A DNA stretch of 63,119 nt, filler included, from Octopus bimaculoides (Eukaryota): assembly GCF_001194135.2 (NCBI RefSeq). It is 6 parts of 6 records of this genome, joined end to end, with 100 filler letters (N's around TTAATTAATTAA, not from the genome) between each part and the next. Parts side by side here need not be neighbours in the genome. Positions count along the whole stretch, not along the records: positions 19,001 to 41,013 come from NC_068981.1; positions 41,114 to 49,641 come from NC_068991.1; positions 49,742 to 53,934 come from NC_068982.1; 3 more parts are not named here. One strand, written 5' to 3'. Numbering within the stretch: the first letter of the stretch is position 1; each line of letters starts with the position of its first letter. Position numbers and translations under genes: made by a program. This document shows, piece after piece, positions 37,434 to 50,792 of this stretch. The notes under the pieces were generated by a model that was given only the letters and a program-made list of their open reading frames with translations, searched no databases and was not told the DNA's origin.

Positions 37434-38306
37434 TAAACTCACATATATATGTATACATACACAGATATAAATGCATATAAGTGTATATATATACACATAC
37501 ACACCTTTATATGTTTGTATGCATGTGCTTGCATATATCTATATATCACGCAATTTATATTTGTAATGTATAAATATATTATATATATATATNNNNNNNN
37601 NNNNNNNNNNNNNNNNNNNNNNNNNNNNNNNNNNNNNNNNNNNNNNNNNNNNNNNNNNNNNNNNNNNNNNNNNNNNNNNNNNNNNNNNNNNNNNNNNNNN
37701 NNNNNNNNNNNNNNNNNNNNNNNNNNNNNNNNNNNNNNNNNNNNNNNNNNNNNNNNNNNNNNNNNNNNNNNNNNNNNNNNNNNNNNNNNNNNNNNNNNNN
37801 NNNNNNNNNNNNNNNNNNNNNNNNNNNNNNNNNNNNNNNNNNNNNNNNNNNNNNNNNNNNNNNNNNNNNNNNNNNNNNNNNNNNNNNNNNNNNNNNNNNN
37901 NNNNNNNNNNNNNNNNNNNNNNNNNNNNNNNNNNNNNNNNNNNNNNNNNNNNNNNNNNNNNNNNNNNNNNNNNNNNNNNNNNNNNNNNNNNNNNNNNNNN
38001 NNNNNNNNNNNNNNNNNNNNNNNNNNNNNNNNNNNNNNNNNNNNNNNNNNNNNNNNNNNNNNNNNNNNNNNNNNNNNNNNNNNNNNNNNNNNNNNNNNNN
38101 NNNNNNNNNNNNNNNNNNNNNNNNNNNNNNNNNNNNNNNNNNNNNNNNNNNNNNNNNNNNNNNNNNNNNNNNNNNNNNNNNNNNNNNNNNNNNNNNNNNN
38201 NNNNNNNNNNNNNNNNNNNNNNNNNNNNNNNNNNNNNNNNNNNNNNNNNNNNNNNNNNNNNNNNNNNNNNNNNNNNNNNNNNNNNNNNNNNNNNNNNNNN
38301 NNNNNN

Positions 38307-38341
<35 letters not shown>

Positions 38342-38354
38342 TGTTGTTGTTTGT

Positions 38355-38650
38355 TCTTTCTCGAGCCATGCCTGGCTAATAAGGGGCCAGTTTCCCAGTT
38401 TCATTGGCTTATAGGTTCCCCACCTGAACGAGATGCCGATCCGTCGCAGGTGAGTTGCTAGATGCAGGAAGAAAGAGTGAGAGAAAGTTGGGGTGAAAAT
38501 GTCAACAGGGGCTCGCCATTACATTCTGCTGCAACCGCGTGGAGCTTAGGTGTTTCACTGATAAACACACACATCAACCGGTCTGAGATTCGAACCCGCG
38601 ATCCTTCAACCGCGAGGCCCCTGCTCTAACCACTAGGCCTTGTGCCTCCA
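38355..38650 (-). mobile_element. SINE with D-type head and the shared cctggacggga tail
   Basis: Collinear with 36145-36390; the head is retained. Confidence 0.8.
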
Positions 38651-38982
38651 CACTATATTATATATATATATATGTATAGTTTTGCGTGCGTTTTATTTGT
38701 AAAATTTCTGTACTATTAAACACATTATTTATCTAAAAACAAGAAAAAAAAACATAATTAACTTAATTGATAAAGTAGCAATTAAAGCTGTATTACTGCA
38801 AAATTTACAGAAATGTAATTGACGTATCAACCACAGATCCAAATGTGTAAATGAAAGAAATCCTTAAAGATTTTTTCATTAAGATTATCAGTTGTGTATT
38901 ATGTAGTTTACATGTATGTGGACTTATGTATAAGTATTTGTATAATATGTGCTGATAAAATATATGAATATAATGCATAAGC

Positions 38983-39022
<40 letters not shown>

Positions 39023-39659
39023 NNNNNNNNNNNNNNNNNNNNNNNNNNNNNNNNNNNNNNNNNNNNNNNNNNNNNNNNNNNNNNNNNNNNNNNNNNNNNN
39101 NNNNNNNNNNNNNNNNNNNNNNNNNNNNNNNNNNNNNNNNNNNNNNNNNNNNNNNNNNNNNNNNNNNNNNNNNNNNNNNNNNNNNNNNNNNNNNNNNNNN
39201 NNNNNNNNNNNNNNNNNNNNNNNNNNNNNNNNNNNNNNNNNNNNNNNNNNNNNNNNNNNNNNNNNNNNNNNNNNNNNNNNNNNNNNNNNNNNNNNNNNNN
39301 NNNNNNNNNNNNNNNNNNNNNNNNNNNNNNNNNNNNNNNNNNNNNNNNNNNNNNNNNNNNNNNNNNNNNNNNNNNNNNNNNNNNNNNNNNNNNNNNNNNN
39401 NNNNNNNNNNNNNNNNNNNNNNNNNNNNNNNNNNNNNNNNNNNNNNNNNNNNNNNNNNNNNNNNNNNNNNNNNNNNNNNNNNNNNNNNNNNNNNNNNNNN
39501 NNNNNNNNNNNNNNNNNNNNNNNNNNNNNNNNNNNNNNNNNNNNNNNNNNNNNNNNNNNNNNNNNNNNNNNNNNNNNNNNNNNNNNNNNNNNNNNNNNNN
39601 NNNNNNNNNNNNNNNNNNNNNNNNNNNNNNNNNNNNNNNNNNNNNNNNNNNNNNNNNNN

Positions 39660-39693
<34 letters not shown>

Positions 39694-39879
39694 GCGTGTG
39701 AATATGATACGTGTTGTGGCATCACTTAATTTAAAACCAAAATATGATAATTCTTTTTTTTTTATTACTTATTCACTTGCATATCGGACTTATATATGCA
39801 TAAAGTGAGAATATCTAACCCTTTGTTTATAATTTTTAATAAGTAAAATTTTAATTAGGATGATACATTTATTGGGTGT

Positions 39880-40910
39880 GTTAATAATAAAGGCATAAAA
39901 TAAACGAGACTTTGTGTGAGAACAATTTGATTAAATTACTTATTTTCAATTTTTGATATTTTCACAACACTTCGTTTGTCTTAATATCTGTTGTGATGAG
40001 TAAACGAAAATCTTATTGGAGACGCCATCAAGGTTATCGAACTATATAAAAGGAAGCAGTTTTTTGTACCCATAGCTACTCTCAATCAGAGATGCTGCGG
40101 AAAATCCAGTGAATATATCGATGTTTCCGATGAAGAATAAGAAAATAGCCGCCATCGATATTTTGAACGATGCTCGACAGATATATCATACGCAGTTTGT
40201 CAATACAGTTAAGGATTGATTCAAGTAGTTTAGACTCGTGCAACCTATTGTGCATAGAAAAAGAAACATGCACTTCTCTGAAAAACGATGAGCCCATATT
40301 TAATTTGCACAAGAGTATACGAAAGGCATATCGTCAGATGAATCAAAAATCTTGTGGTCGGACGATACGTAATACAGAGTGTACGTCCGACGTTATACAG
40401 AAGAATTTCTATGAAAGAGCATGCTTAATTGTGTACCAAGCATTTAAACATATTGGAGAGAATATCATGGTTTGGAGCTGAATAACTTGGAAAACGATCG
40501 GTCTCGTAGAGCAAATGAAAGGTATCTTGAACAGAATAATCTATCAGGAGATTTTGAAAAATATATTCTTCCATATGCCAAGTATAGAAGTATATCTGCT
40601 GGTCGTGGGTTTTTCACCAAGACAACAGCAACATAAAAAATACTACAAGAATAATCAAGGAATTCTTCAAAAGTAACAAAAAATCTGAGTCTTCCCTTCA
40701 TCTGCACAATCTGAAGGTTTAAAATCCGTTAGAAAATTTACTAATGAAGTCAATATGTGTGTTTGTCAAAAGAAATCTTGGAAATGTAGTTATCAAAAAA
40801 AATTTTTTTTTTTAAATGATAACTTCCAGTTAATGTGATAACCAAACTTTTCAGTCCAGTGTCTCATAGATGTGATTCCGTTCTGCGAAATTCCAGGTAC
40901 CTGATCAAGT
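39880..40910 (+). mobile_element. Highly decayed Tc1-type transposon
   Basis: Remnants FKHIGENIMVWS, YQEIL..ILPYAK and F(H)QDNS-like motifs across frameshifts. Confidence 0.6.
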
Positions 40911-41113
40911 ATTCATTCCATAAGATTTTTCTCGATTTTTAATGTACAGTTACTATTTTATTTTATTTTATTTTATTTTATTTTATAACTATGAATATAC
41001 GAGAAAACAATGANNNNNNNNNNNNNNNNNNNNNNNNNNNNNNNNNNNNNNNNNNNNTTAATTAATTAANNNNNNNNNNNNNNNNNNNNNNNNNNNNNNN
41101 NNNNNNNNNNNNN

Positions 41114-41146
<33 letters not shown>

Positions 41147-43666
41147 TTTTGTTTGTTTCAGTCATTTGACTGTGGCTATGCTGGAGCACCGCCCCAAAGT
41201 CGAAGAAATGAACCCTAGGACTTATTTTTGTAAACCTAGTACTTATTCTATCAGTTCTTTTGCCGGTAAGTTACGGTGCTGCAAACACACTAAAATTGGT
41301 TGTTGCGTGATGGTGGAGGGACAAATATAGCCACAAAGACACACATATTCATATGTATCTAATTTGTAAAGACAATGATTTCTCATATAAACCATACAAT
41401 GTAAGGAATCACACAGTTGATCATGTGATAACTCTACTTTGCCTGATTCTTATGTAATTGTCCAATCCGGAACGAGGGAAGATGAAATCAACATTAGTGG
41501 TATTCGAACCCAGAACATAAAGTAATTAAACGCCATAAAAAATTGTGAGCGACGCACTCCTGATCCCGTCAACCTAACACCATGTTGTAAACGAAAATAA
41601 TGTAGTAATATTGAAGCATATCATTGATTATGTGTCTGATACTAAATAAAATTTCTTCGTCCGGTTCTCGAAAAATATTACTATCTAAATGCCTAAGGAA
41701 ATAGAGAATAGGAAAAGAAAATTTTAACGGAAAAGAAAATCGTCAGCGTGTTTTTAGAATTTCAATTTAGAAATCTCAATAGAAAGATATTCATGGGAAT
41801 ATTAGAAAATAAATAGCTTGAAAGAATTTATTGCAATCCCAATATCGTGCGCTTTCTGTTTAAAATCATATCAAACTTTAGCCGGCGGCTTAGAATAAAG
41901 TTTCATTGTCTTCTGAAAGAATTACATTATCACAAAACTAATATGGGAACTACTAAATGCTGTGGGCTGTGTGTAGGTGTTGTAAAGGGAATAATGCGTA
42001 AGAAAGTTATATTAAGTGTTCGATCGTCAGTATAGTACCGTATCAAATTACACACTGACTGAATTATTTCTTTTAATATTTTGGTTTGAGAAATGTTTAT
42101 AGCTTATTCAGGTTCTCCCGGTGATTTTATTGTAGATTTTTACAGCCAGGCCGACGCTGTTCTTCATAGTCTAAAGTGCTGCAGCCGTTGAAGACCAGTC
42201 TGCATTACCGAGTGTTTATCCAAAGATATGTTGTAAGCCGTATCGTTTCTTTCAGTACTCTGAGAAATACCAACCCAAATTTCCCTTAAACTATAATTGT
42301 AACTTAATGCTTAGAAAAAGTAGGACGTGTCTGGTAATGTGAAACTAGATACGCCGAAATTGAAGAATTCGAGTTAATTGCAGCTGGAATTCCTGGCATA
42401 AGGCTAGGGCCAGAGACGAGCTGAAGGTAAATAACTACAGATATTAACTTGTCTTTTGTTCAGAACCATGGATTCCATCGCATCGCAATTTAATGAAACC
42501 CTCTACATCTATGTCGATGTGCACATACGTGTGAATTTTTATTTATAAATTTGAATGTATATAAGCGTTCTCACATAAAGTGAATTAGGAATTAGTAAAT
42601 CCACGGTGAATGCCGTTCCCTACAAAGATCCAAGGATTAATGTAGGGGAGACANNNNNNNNNNNNNNNNNNNNNNNNNNNNNNNNNNNNNNNNNNNNNNN
42701 NNNNNNNNNNNNNNNNNNNNNNNNNNNNNNNNNNNNNNNNNNNNNNNNNNNNNNNNNNNNNNNNNNNNNNNNNNNNNNNNNNNNNNNNNNNNNNNNNNNN
42801 NNNNNNNNNNNNNNNNNNNNNNNNNNNNNNNNNNNNNNNNNNNNNNNNNNNNNNNNNNNNNNNNNNNNNNNNNNNNNNNNNNNNNNNNNNNNNNNNNNNN
42901 NNNNNNNNNNNNNNNNNNNNNNNNNNNNNNNNNNNNNNNNNNNNNNNNNNNNNNNNNNNNNNNNNNNNNNNNNNNNNNNNNNNNNNNNNNNNNNNNNNNN
43001 NNNNNNNNNNNNNNNNNNNNNNNNNNNNNNNNNNNNNNNNNNNNNNNNNNNNNNNNNNNNNNNNNNNNNNNNNNNNNNNNNNNNNNNNNNNNNNNNNNNN
43101 NNNNNNNNNNNNNNNNNNNNNNNNNNNNNNNNNNNNNNNNNNNNNNNNNNNNNNNNNNNNNNNNNNNNNNNNNNNNNNNNNNNNNNNNNNNNNNNNNNNN
43201 NNNNNNNNNNNNNNNNNNNNNNNNNNNNNNNNNNNNNNNNNNNNNNNNNNNNNNNNNNNNNNNNNNNNNNNNNNNNNNNNNNNNNNNNNNNNNNNNNNNN
43301 NNNNNNNNNNNNNNNNNNNNNNNNNNNNNNNNNNNNNNNNNNNNNNNNNNNNNNNNNNNNNNNNNNNNNNNNNNNNNNNNNNNNNNNNNNNNNNNNNNNN
43401 NNNNNNNNNNNNNNNNNNNNNNNNNNNNNNNNNNNNNNNNNNNNNNNNNNNNNNNNNNNNNNNNNNNNNNNNNNNNNNNNNNNNNNNNNNNNNNNNNNNN
43501 NNNNNNNNNNNNNNNNNNNNNNNNNNNNNNNNNNNNNNNNNNNNNNNNNNNNNNNNNNNNNNNNNNNNNNNNNNNNNNNNNNNNNNNNNNNNNNNNNNNN
43601 NNNNNNNNNNNNNNNNNNNNNNNNNNNNNNNNNNNNNNNNNNNNNTTTAGAGTTCGGATTCTAGAG

Positions 43667-43745
43667 TTAGGGTTAGTTTTAGGGTTAGTGTTAGGGTTAG
43701 GTTTACGGTTAACAGTCTAGTTAGGGGTAGGGTTAGGGTTAGGGG
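43667..43745 (+). repeat. Degenerate interstitial (TTAGGG)n tract
   Basis: Six perfect TTAGGG hexamers (43667, 43679, 43691, 43721, 43733, 43739) plus variants, next to a gap. Confidence 0.85.
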
Positions 43746-45727
43746 ATTAATACGATATACACCGTTACAGCGCTAACTGTTTTCAACTCAATAGACGTCA
43801 GTGATTAGTAGAAATTATCGAAATAAGACAATTTTTTACATGAAATAAATTCGAATACAAAAATATTTTTCTGTTCTATAACACAAAATAGATAGGTATA
43901 CGAAATTTGAAAGTCTTTCCGTACCAAAAACACTACATAAAACATAAATGAAAACTGGCGCCCCCGTTTTAAAATAGATCCAAAAAAAGGTTTCGATGTT
44001 AGTGTTACGATCGGCTACAACGCGGCCGGGGCTAACTCGAATTGGTGAAATAAATATAGATGGTGTATGTTGCGTATGTTACCTACAACAAACTTTCAAA
44101 GGAAGGAGTCACTTAAAAGTAGGTCAACCAACTAGAAATAAAAACCAAACTTCACTCACCATACCCTAATCTCTTAAATGAAAAATCATTAAGTACCGTG
44201 TATTGATATATTTGGAATTTTTCTTGATCATAAGTGCTATCCACTTCATATAAGCACTAACTTAATTTCAACATTCACATTATAGTCAGCTATTATATTC
44301 ACTGTAAGTCAGTTCAACATGGAATTCTCCTACCACAGTTAACCCCTTACTATAAATAGCAGCGAAATCTCCCTCAGTTCAAATTCTACCGTTTGAAGAA
44401 AAAAAGACATTGAAAAATTATTGTTTGGCATACATAAGAAATGATTACTCAAGGCTTAAGTCTTCACTCATAAATCTGTTCAATCAGCAATAATAAAATA
44501 ACAAGACTATGACTTGATGTCAAACAATACTTTTCAATATTTTAAACGTTGATGTATTCCCAGTGTAATGGGTGTAGAATGACCATTAATTAGGAATTAA
44601 TCTAGTAAGGAAGACTGTGTGCAGTCGACTTCACTCCTGTTTAACGAAGCAGTAATACTGATTTCAAATTTTAGCACAACGCCTACAATTTCGGGATAGG
44701 GGCTTAGCCGATTACATTGACTCCAGAGTTCAACTGGTAGTTATTTTATCGACCCAGAAAGGAGGAAAACAATGTCGGCCTCAGCGGAATTTTACATGAA
44801 AACGTGAAAGCAGACGAAATACCGCTAAACATTTTACTCGTCGTGCTAACGATTCTGCTAGCTCGCTGTCTTAAGAAGCAGTAATATTGATTTCACGCGC
44901 TGACGATAATCCTAGTGTTGTCGGTTATAACATGATAAACTATTTATTGTATTTCTGAACAAAGTGACAGCATATTCCACGAACACGTACATCTTTAGCA
45001 TAATTCTCAAAGCAACACAAATATGACAATGACGGATGTTCGAATCAAAGTTACAATCATTCGGACTGGCTTCTATACAGTTTCCATCAAGCCAATTTCA
45101 CCCACAATGGTGTTAGTCATCGTACTTGTACAATATGCCATGCAGTGAGACGAACCCGAGATGTTTAAGGTAGACAAACAAACTGCCTAACCATTCAATG
45201 TTCCTTGCATTATCACTAATATATTAAAAGACTGTACTGTAGCATTTTTGGTGTACCAACGAAAAAAAGTCCCAAATTAAAGCAGAATTGTTACAAGGCA
45301 GAACAAAATGCTTAGCGACATTTCTTGCGACTTTACGTTCTTTGTTAAAATTCTACCGAGGTCGACATTTCCTTTCATTTTTTCGGAGTCCATAAAATGA
45401 ACACCAGTTGAACACGGACTGATGTAATCGACTGATCCCTTCCCCTAAAATTGCTGGCCTTGTGCCAAAATTTGAAATCAAGATTCTCTCTAATTTTGGT
45501 ACAAGGCTAGAAATTTTGAGTAGAGGGGAATAAGTCGATTACGTTGACCCCAGTATTTGACTGGTCCTTATTTTATCGATCCCAAACGAGTGAAAAGTAA
45601 AGTGGACCTCAGCAGAGTTTAAAATATAAAGTATATAGCCGTAAGAAATGCCACTAAGCATTTTGTCCGACGCGTCAACGACTCAGATAGCTCGCTACCT
45701 TCAGTGGTGTATCAGTATTAACACCAA

Positions 45728-46165
45728 CCAAGGCGGCGAACTGGCAGAAACGTTAGCACGTCGGGTGAAATGCTTAGCGGTATTTCGTCTGCCGCTACGT
45801 TCTGAGTTCAAATTCCGCCGAGATCGACTTTGCGTTTCATTCTTTCGGGGTCGATTAAATAAGTACCAGTTACGCACTGGGGTCGATATAATCGACTTAA
45901 TCCGTTTGTCTGTCCTTGTTTGTCCCCTCTGTGTGTAGCCCCTTGTGGATAGTAAAGAAATAAGAAACGTTAGCACGACGGGTGTAACGCTTAGTGATAT
46001 TTCATCTGTCTCAACGTTCTGAGTTCAAATTCCGCCGAGGTCAGCTTTACCTTTCATCCTTTCGGGGTCGATAAATTAAGTGCCACTTGGGTACTGGGGT
46101 CGATCTAATCGACTGAACCCCTCCCCCAAACTTTCGGGCTTTGTGCCTAGAGTAGAAAAGAATAT
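45728..46165 (+). mobile_element. Dimeric SINE family B within a cluster of B copies (44660-46165)
   Basis: Near-identical to 6641-7075. Confidence 0.9.
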
Positions 46166-49100
46166 TAACACCAACCTGATACTGAAAACTTTGGTCTCTG
46201 ATTGTCTTCAGATAAAATATTTCCGCTTATTTATACTACACTGGGTTGAAGTGGATTGGAATTAGAAACTATATTTCTAGACAAGAGTAGTACGGGTTGT
46301 TGTTGCACATGATGGCAATACTCCTGGTACAACTGTAACGTATGAACGTATCAATATTATAGTGTTTAATGGACGTTATTGTCCCTAGCTTGCAAGGAAA
46401 AGAAGCGAATTTGAATCCAATTCGATACTTATCCATGTTCAGTATCAAGACACTTATCGATCAGATTCCAAATGCAGTGTAGATGTTGATATCAAAACAA
46501 GGTATTCCAATAGTCAGAAATGTGTTATTCCTAATAATATTACAGTGTACAAATACAGCCAACTGCCATTCACGAGGTAATATTGCTTTTTAATATGTAC
46601 TATGTATTCGGTAATAGTTTCCGCTCCCGAACAAACATAAGCACTATTTTGACATCCTCATCTTGCCTCCAATGAATCATCCATATTGCAACAATTACAG
46701 ATTGAGAACGCAGCACTAGCAGCCGCTTCTGTACTTATTCAGATGTGCCTCCCTTGAAAACAAAACGTATTACTCGTCCTAGCGATTCACTCCACGGTCT
46801 TAGGATCATGCATGGAATATCCCAACCACTAGGCCGCGACTTCATAGCATTAGATTAAATCAATGAAATTAATCGTAATAACAGACACCAAGCTAATCTA
46901 TTTTTTACTTGGAAAAATCTTTAGAAAACCTTATAAATAATATATTTAAAAAATCTGAATAGAAAAAAATGACAGCCAAACGACCAAAAGTCAATATTAT
47001 ATACTAAAGAAAATTGATCTAAATTAAAGTGAACTATATTAAATTCAACTAAATTGAGTTAATCGCAATTAAACAATAATTCTTTAGACTAATTTCACAA
47101 TACTTAATGACGTGAGTACTTAGAAATCAAATAAAAAACAATTATACGTGAAGAAAGGACCATATTAACTCAGTAGTTTATATTATTTTAATTATTCAAG
47201 CATATGTTAATAGCTAATAACATTTTAATTATTCTGGCAATCTCGTTCAACTATGTACCTGATGCTTAACTGCAATTATTGTAGCAGCTTTTTTTATTAT
47301 TAACATCAGGTTAGGTTTGGTATAGGACGTAACTACTTCATTATTTGTTTCTATGTTCTAAAGAATGTAGGGTTGAGCTGGTTAAATCACTCAACAGCCT
47401 TAATTCAAACTTTGAAACCAGCTATCAACAATGCTCTATAAAACCTATTTTGAAACAGTTTAAAATTGTTTAAATAGTTTTCTTTTAACTGCCAACAGTC
47501 AATTAGTGAAACCTCAAGCAGATTCTCATATCTTAATTGCGCTCCATTGTCTTATTCAACAGTAAGATCCTCAATTATCTAACAATGAACACACACGCGC
47601 ACTGTATTAATTCATTTACAAATGACAGACTGAGAAACAAACAATTGAAGGAGATACTGTAAAACTTTGAAATATGGGGTGGGGGTGCATTAAAGCGTGG
47701 GAGGACTTGTTGGTTTAGCTTGAGCAAATGGTCAACCATTTATAGATATTTATGATTATAAAAGTTATGCACGATATGAAATTAGAAGACTACATCTGGT
47801 GAAATGATTTTCTCATCGATATTCTTAGCCACTGAACTTATGAAAGTTTGAAATTGAGGATGAAAACAACTTATTAGCTTAGTATTCTTGCAAATATTAG
47901 TAGCATTGAACTGACACGTCAAATGTTCGTAAATTAACTGGAAACCATTTCATGATGCATTTTCCATTTCTGAACCAAGGGAGTACGTTGAAAAGACTTT
48001 CAATCCCTTGCATAAATTTCATAAAACGTCTCAATGTTTACTCAATGCCTTTTGGTGAAATAGTAGATGAAACATTCGATTGCTAGCAACACGTTTGAAT
48101 CCATTTATAATTGAATAATCTTTCGATTTGATGTCCAATTTTAAGAGATTGTCTATTTTTAAATAGCCGTAAGAATTGAAAATATACATTTTTGAGGATA
48201 TTTTACATCAAGTACTAATCGAGCAAGAAACATTTCAGTTCAACAATTTTTTGATATGGCAAATCAACTAAGGATTTGTACATCATCAATCATATCTTCA
48301 CGACTTCGGTAACATAGTAGAAGGAATTTGTTCATTAAGAAACAAGAAAATAAGATAGATTGAAATTAAATATCAAAATATTATAATATATGGTATTTTC
48401 GTTCTTCTTATACTTAGTGTTTTATGGTTACTGTTATAACTTATGAAATTTTACTTACTGTCACTTAGCTTAATTGCATGCATGAGTGAATGTGTACCAT
48501 TTTCTGTACAGATCCACTTTGACAATTGCTAATGTACATGTAAATTTGCTTTACACCTAAAACTCTTCAACTCTTGAACTATGTTCTGATCTGAGGGATA
48601 TTACATTACTATTTCTAAAACATCGTGTGGTCAAAATACAAGTTCTCTCACTGAATCTTTGAATGTAATGTTGATTAGTGGTGTTTTTGGTGTTGTTGTT
48701 ATCATTGCTGATAATAATAGCACAGTGCAGTCTCTGTAATCTTATACTGAGACAGATATACCAACCATGATCATATTTTTGATTCTTGTTTGCTTGAGTA
48801 ATACAGGAACTGGCATTGCATTTCCTAAAATCTTAATACAACAGGGTATGATATGAGACATAGGGTACGATATGAGAATGATTTGGGTGCTATTCCTAGA
48901 AAACCCAGCTATTGCACCCTTGTTGTGCAGTTGACTTGAATATAATACAAATTCCTTTAGTTTAGTATCCATTTCAGTTTAGTTATGTTCAGTTACATTA
49001 TCTTTTCTCATTTTTTTTTATTTATTTATTACTTTTACTTTCTTGGTAGATAAATTCAGGGAAGGCACAGTATGGACGAATGGCTAAAAAGTTCACTTCC

Positions 49101-49578
49101 GATCAACGAAGTCCTGGGTTCAATTCCATTCCATGCAAGCTAACACAAATATCATTTTCTATAGACTCTTTTCACCTCATTCAACTTTTGTGAGAAAGAT
49201 TAGTTGAAGAAAACTGTATAGAGGTTCATCAGATGGATATACCTGCTGTTCAAGAGATACAGCATCATGCCATGTGGATTCTGCTTGAAAATTATATTGA
49301 GGGCACATGTGTCTATGGAATGCTCCACTACTAACACATTACTTCAGGAGCAGTTCATTCAATTGATGGAACAACTAAATACTCGTTAACAACTGAGATC
49401 CCTCACCATATAAATTCATTCAAATTTATGCCATTTTCTTCTCGGTCAGATTTTTGTTTTTGCCGACATTTGTTTATTATATAATTCCATTCAGATTTTC
49501 GTATTTCTTGTTTGTTTACTTTCATTTCTTAAAATCTATTTTAGTTTATTGAGTGTAAATTTCGTACACTAACTTATT

Positions 49579-49641
<63 letters not shown>

Positions 49642-49982
49642 NNNNNNNNNNNNNNNNNNNNNNNNNNNNNNNNNNNNNNNNNNNNTTAATTAATTAANNN
49701 NNNNNNNNNNNNNNNNNNNNNNNNNNNNNNNNNNNNNNNNNATATATATATATATATATATAGGAGGTTATGCGTGATTGTGCTGTCAATTAGACCCAGA
49801 GGTTTCAGGTAATGCTGTGTAAGTGCTATGGATAGACCATAGTTAAGCTCCAGGTTCGGTGATTATGCGAGTAAGAGGTCCAACGTAGGTCATATATCAG
49901 CGTGTGAATATAAGTATTTACTTTTCGTAATGGGATAAAAAAAGCAAGGCTGTGTATAATATAGAACATTTATAAATAGAAG

Positions 49983-50030
49983 GTCTTACAGCTGTTTCCA
50001 GGATATTTTTTATATCCCTTTATCGGAGAA
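49983..50030 (-). ncRNA. Decayed minimal hammerhead motif
   Basis: ucuCCGAUAAagggauauaaaaaauauccugGAAACAGCUGUA^aga: two transitions from CUGAUGA, 6-bp stem II, palindromic stem III ACAGCUGU, GUA site. Confidence 0.5.
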
Positions 50031-50747
50031 AGTTTGAGAGGATGGTTAAGCAATAGTTAGTTCAGATAAGATAGGAAATAGAGAGTGAATGTAGGGATAT
50101 TGTATTTGTAGGTCCATTGTTTAGGCAGAATGGTATACATATAAGATTTCGATACCTTGCGAGTAAAATCCAATAGACTTTAAGGTTGGTCATTGCATTT
50201 ATAAATCCATTATTAAGATTCCAATACCTTATGAGTAAAATCCAAAAGTCTTTGAAATTTGTCATTTCAAGTACTGAGTTTACACACAGTGTTATTGAAT
50301 CAAGGGTTCTGTTTAAAGTGACCTAAAAGCAGAGAATATCTTTGTAGGCTCAAATCGAAAACAGGACGAAATAAAGGAAGAGGAAAAAAACAAAAGAAAG
50401 AAAAAGGAGGGTAGAAAGAGAAGAAGAAGGAAGAAGAAAATAATAAAAGGAATAAAGAAAAGGAAGTAAAAAGGAATACAAAAATAGAGATGAGGGAAAG
50501 TGTACCAGAATGGTCAGTGAATATAATAAGGTAGGAACGGGAGGATATGGGTGAAAGAGAGAGAAAGATATTAGAGTGTAGAAAGATAGAAGGAATGGGG
50601 GGGGGGGTTATGGCGAGAGAGATATAAAGCATTAAGGAATGTCAATTGTAATGGTGGAGTCTAAATGATGGGGTGGAGAAAAGAATTAGAATGGTTGGAC
50701 AGGTCAGTAGTAGTAGTAGAATAATGTATGCATTAGAAATGTATATT

Positions 50748-50792
<45 letters not shown>

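Noticed and set aside
42170-42290. FN3-like peptide LKTSLHYRVFIQRY
   Set aside because: Short, and it overlaps a decayed repeat whose aaatctccctcaaat-like block recurs near 34280 and 44360.
46270-46600. Minus-strand frame resembling GPCR TM3 (FGI*SISVLILNMDKY)
   Set aside because: Spacing from the Cys to DRY is off, there is an in-frame stop, and the flanking helices are not hydrophobic; likely chance.
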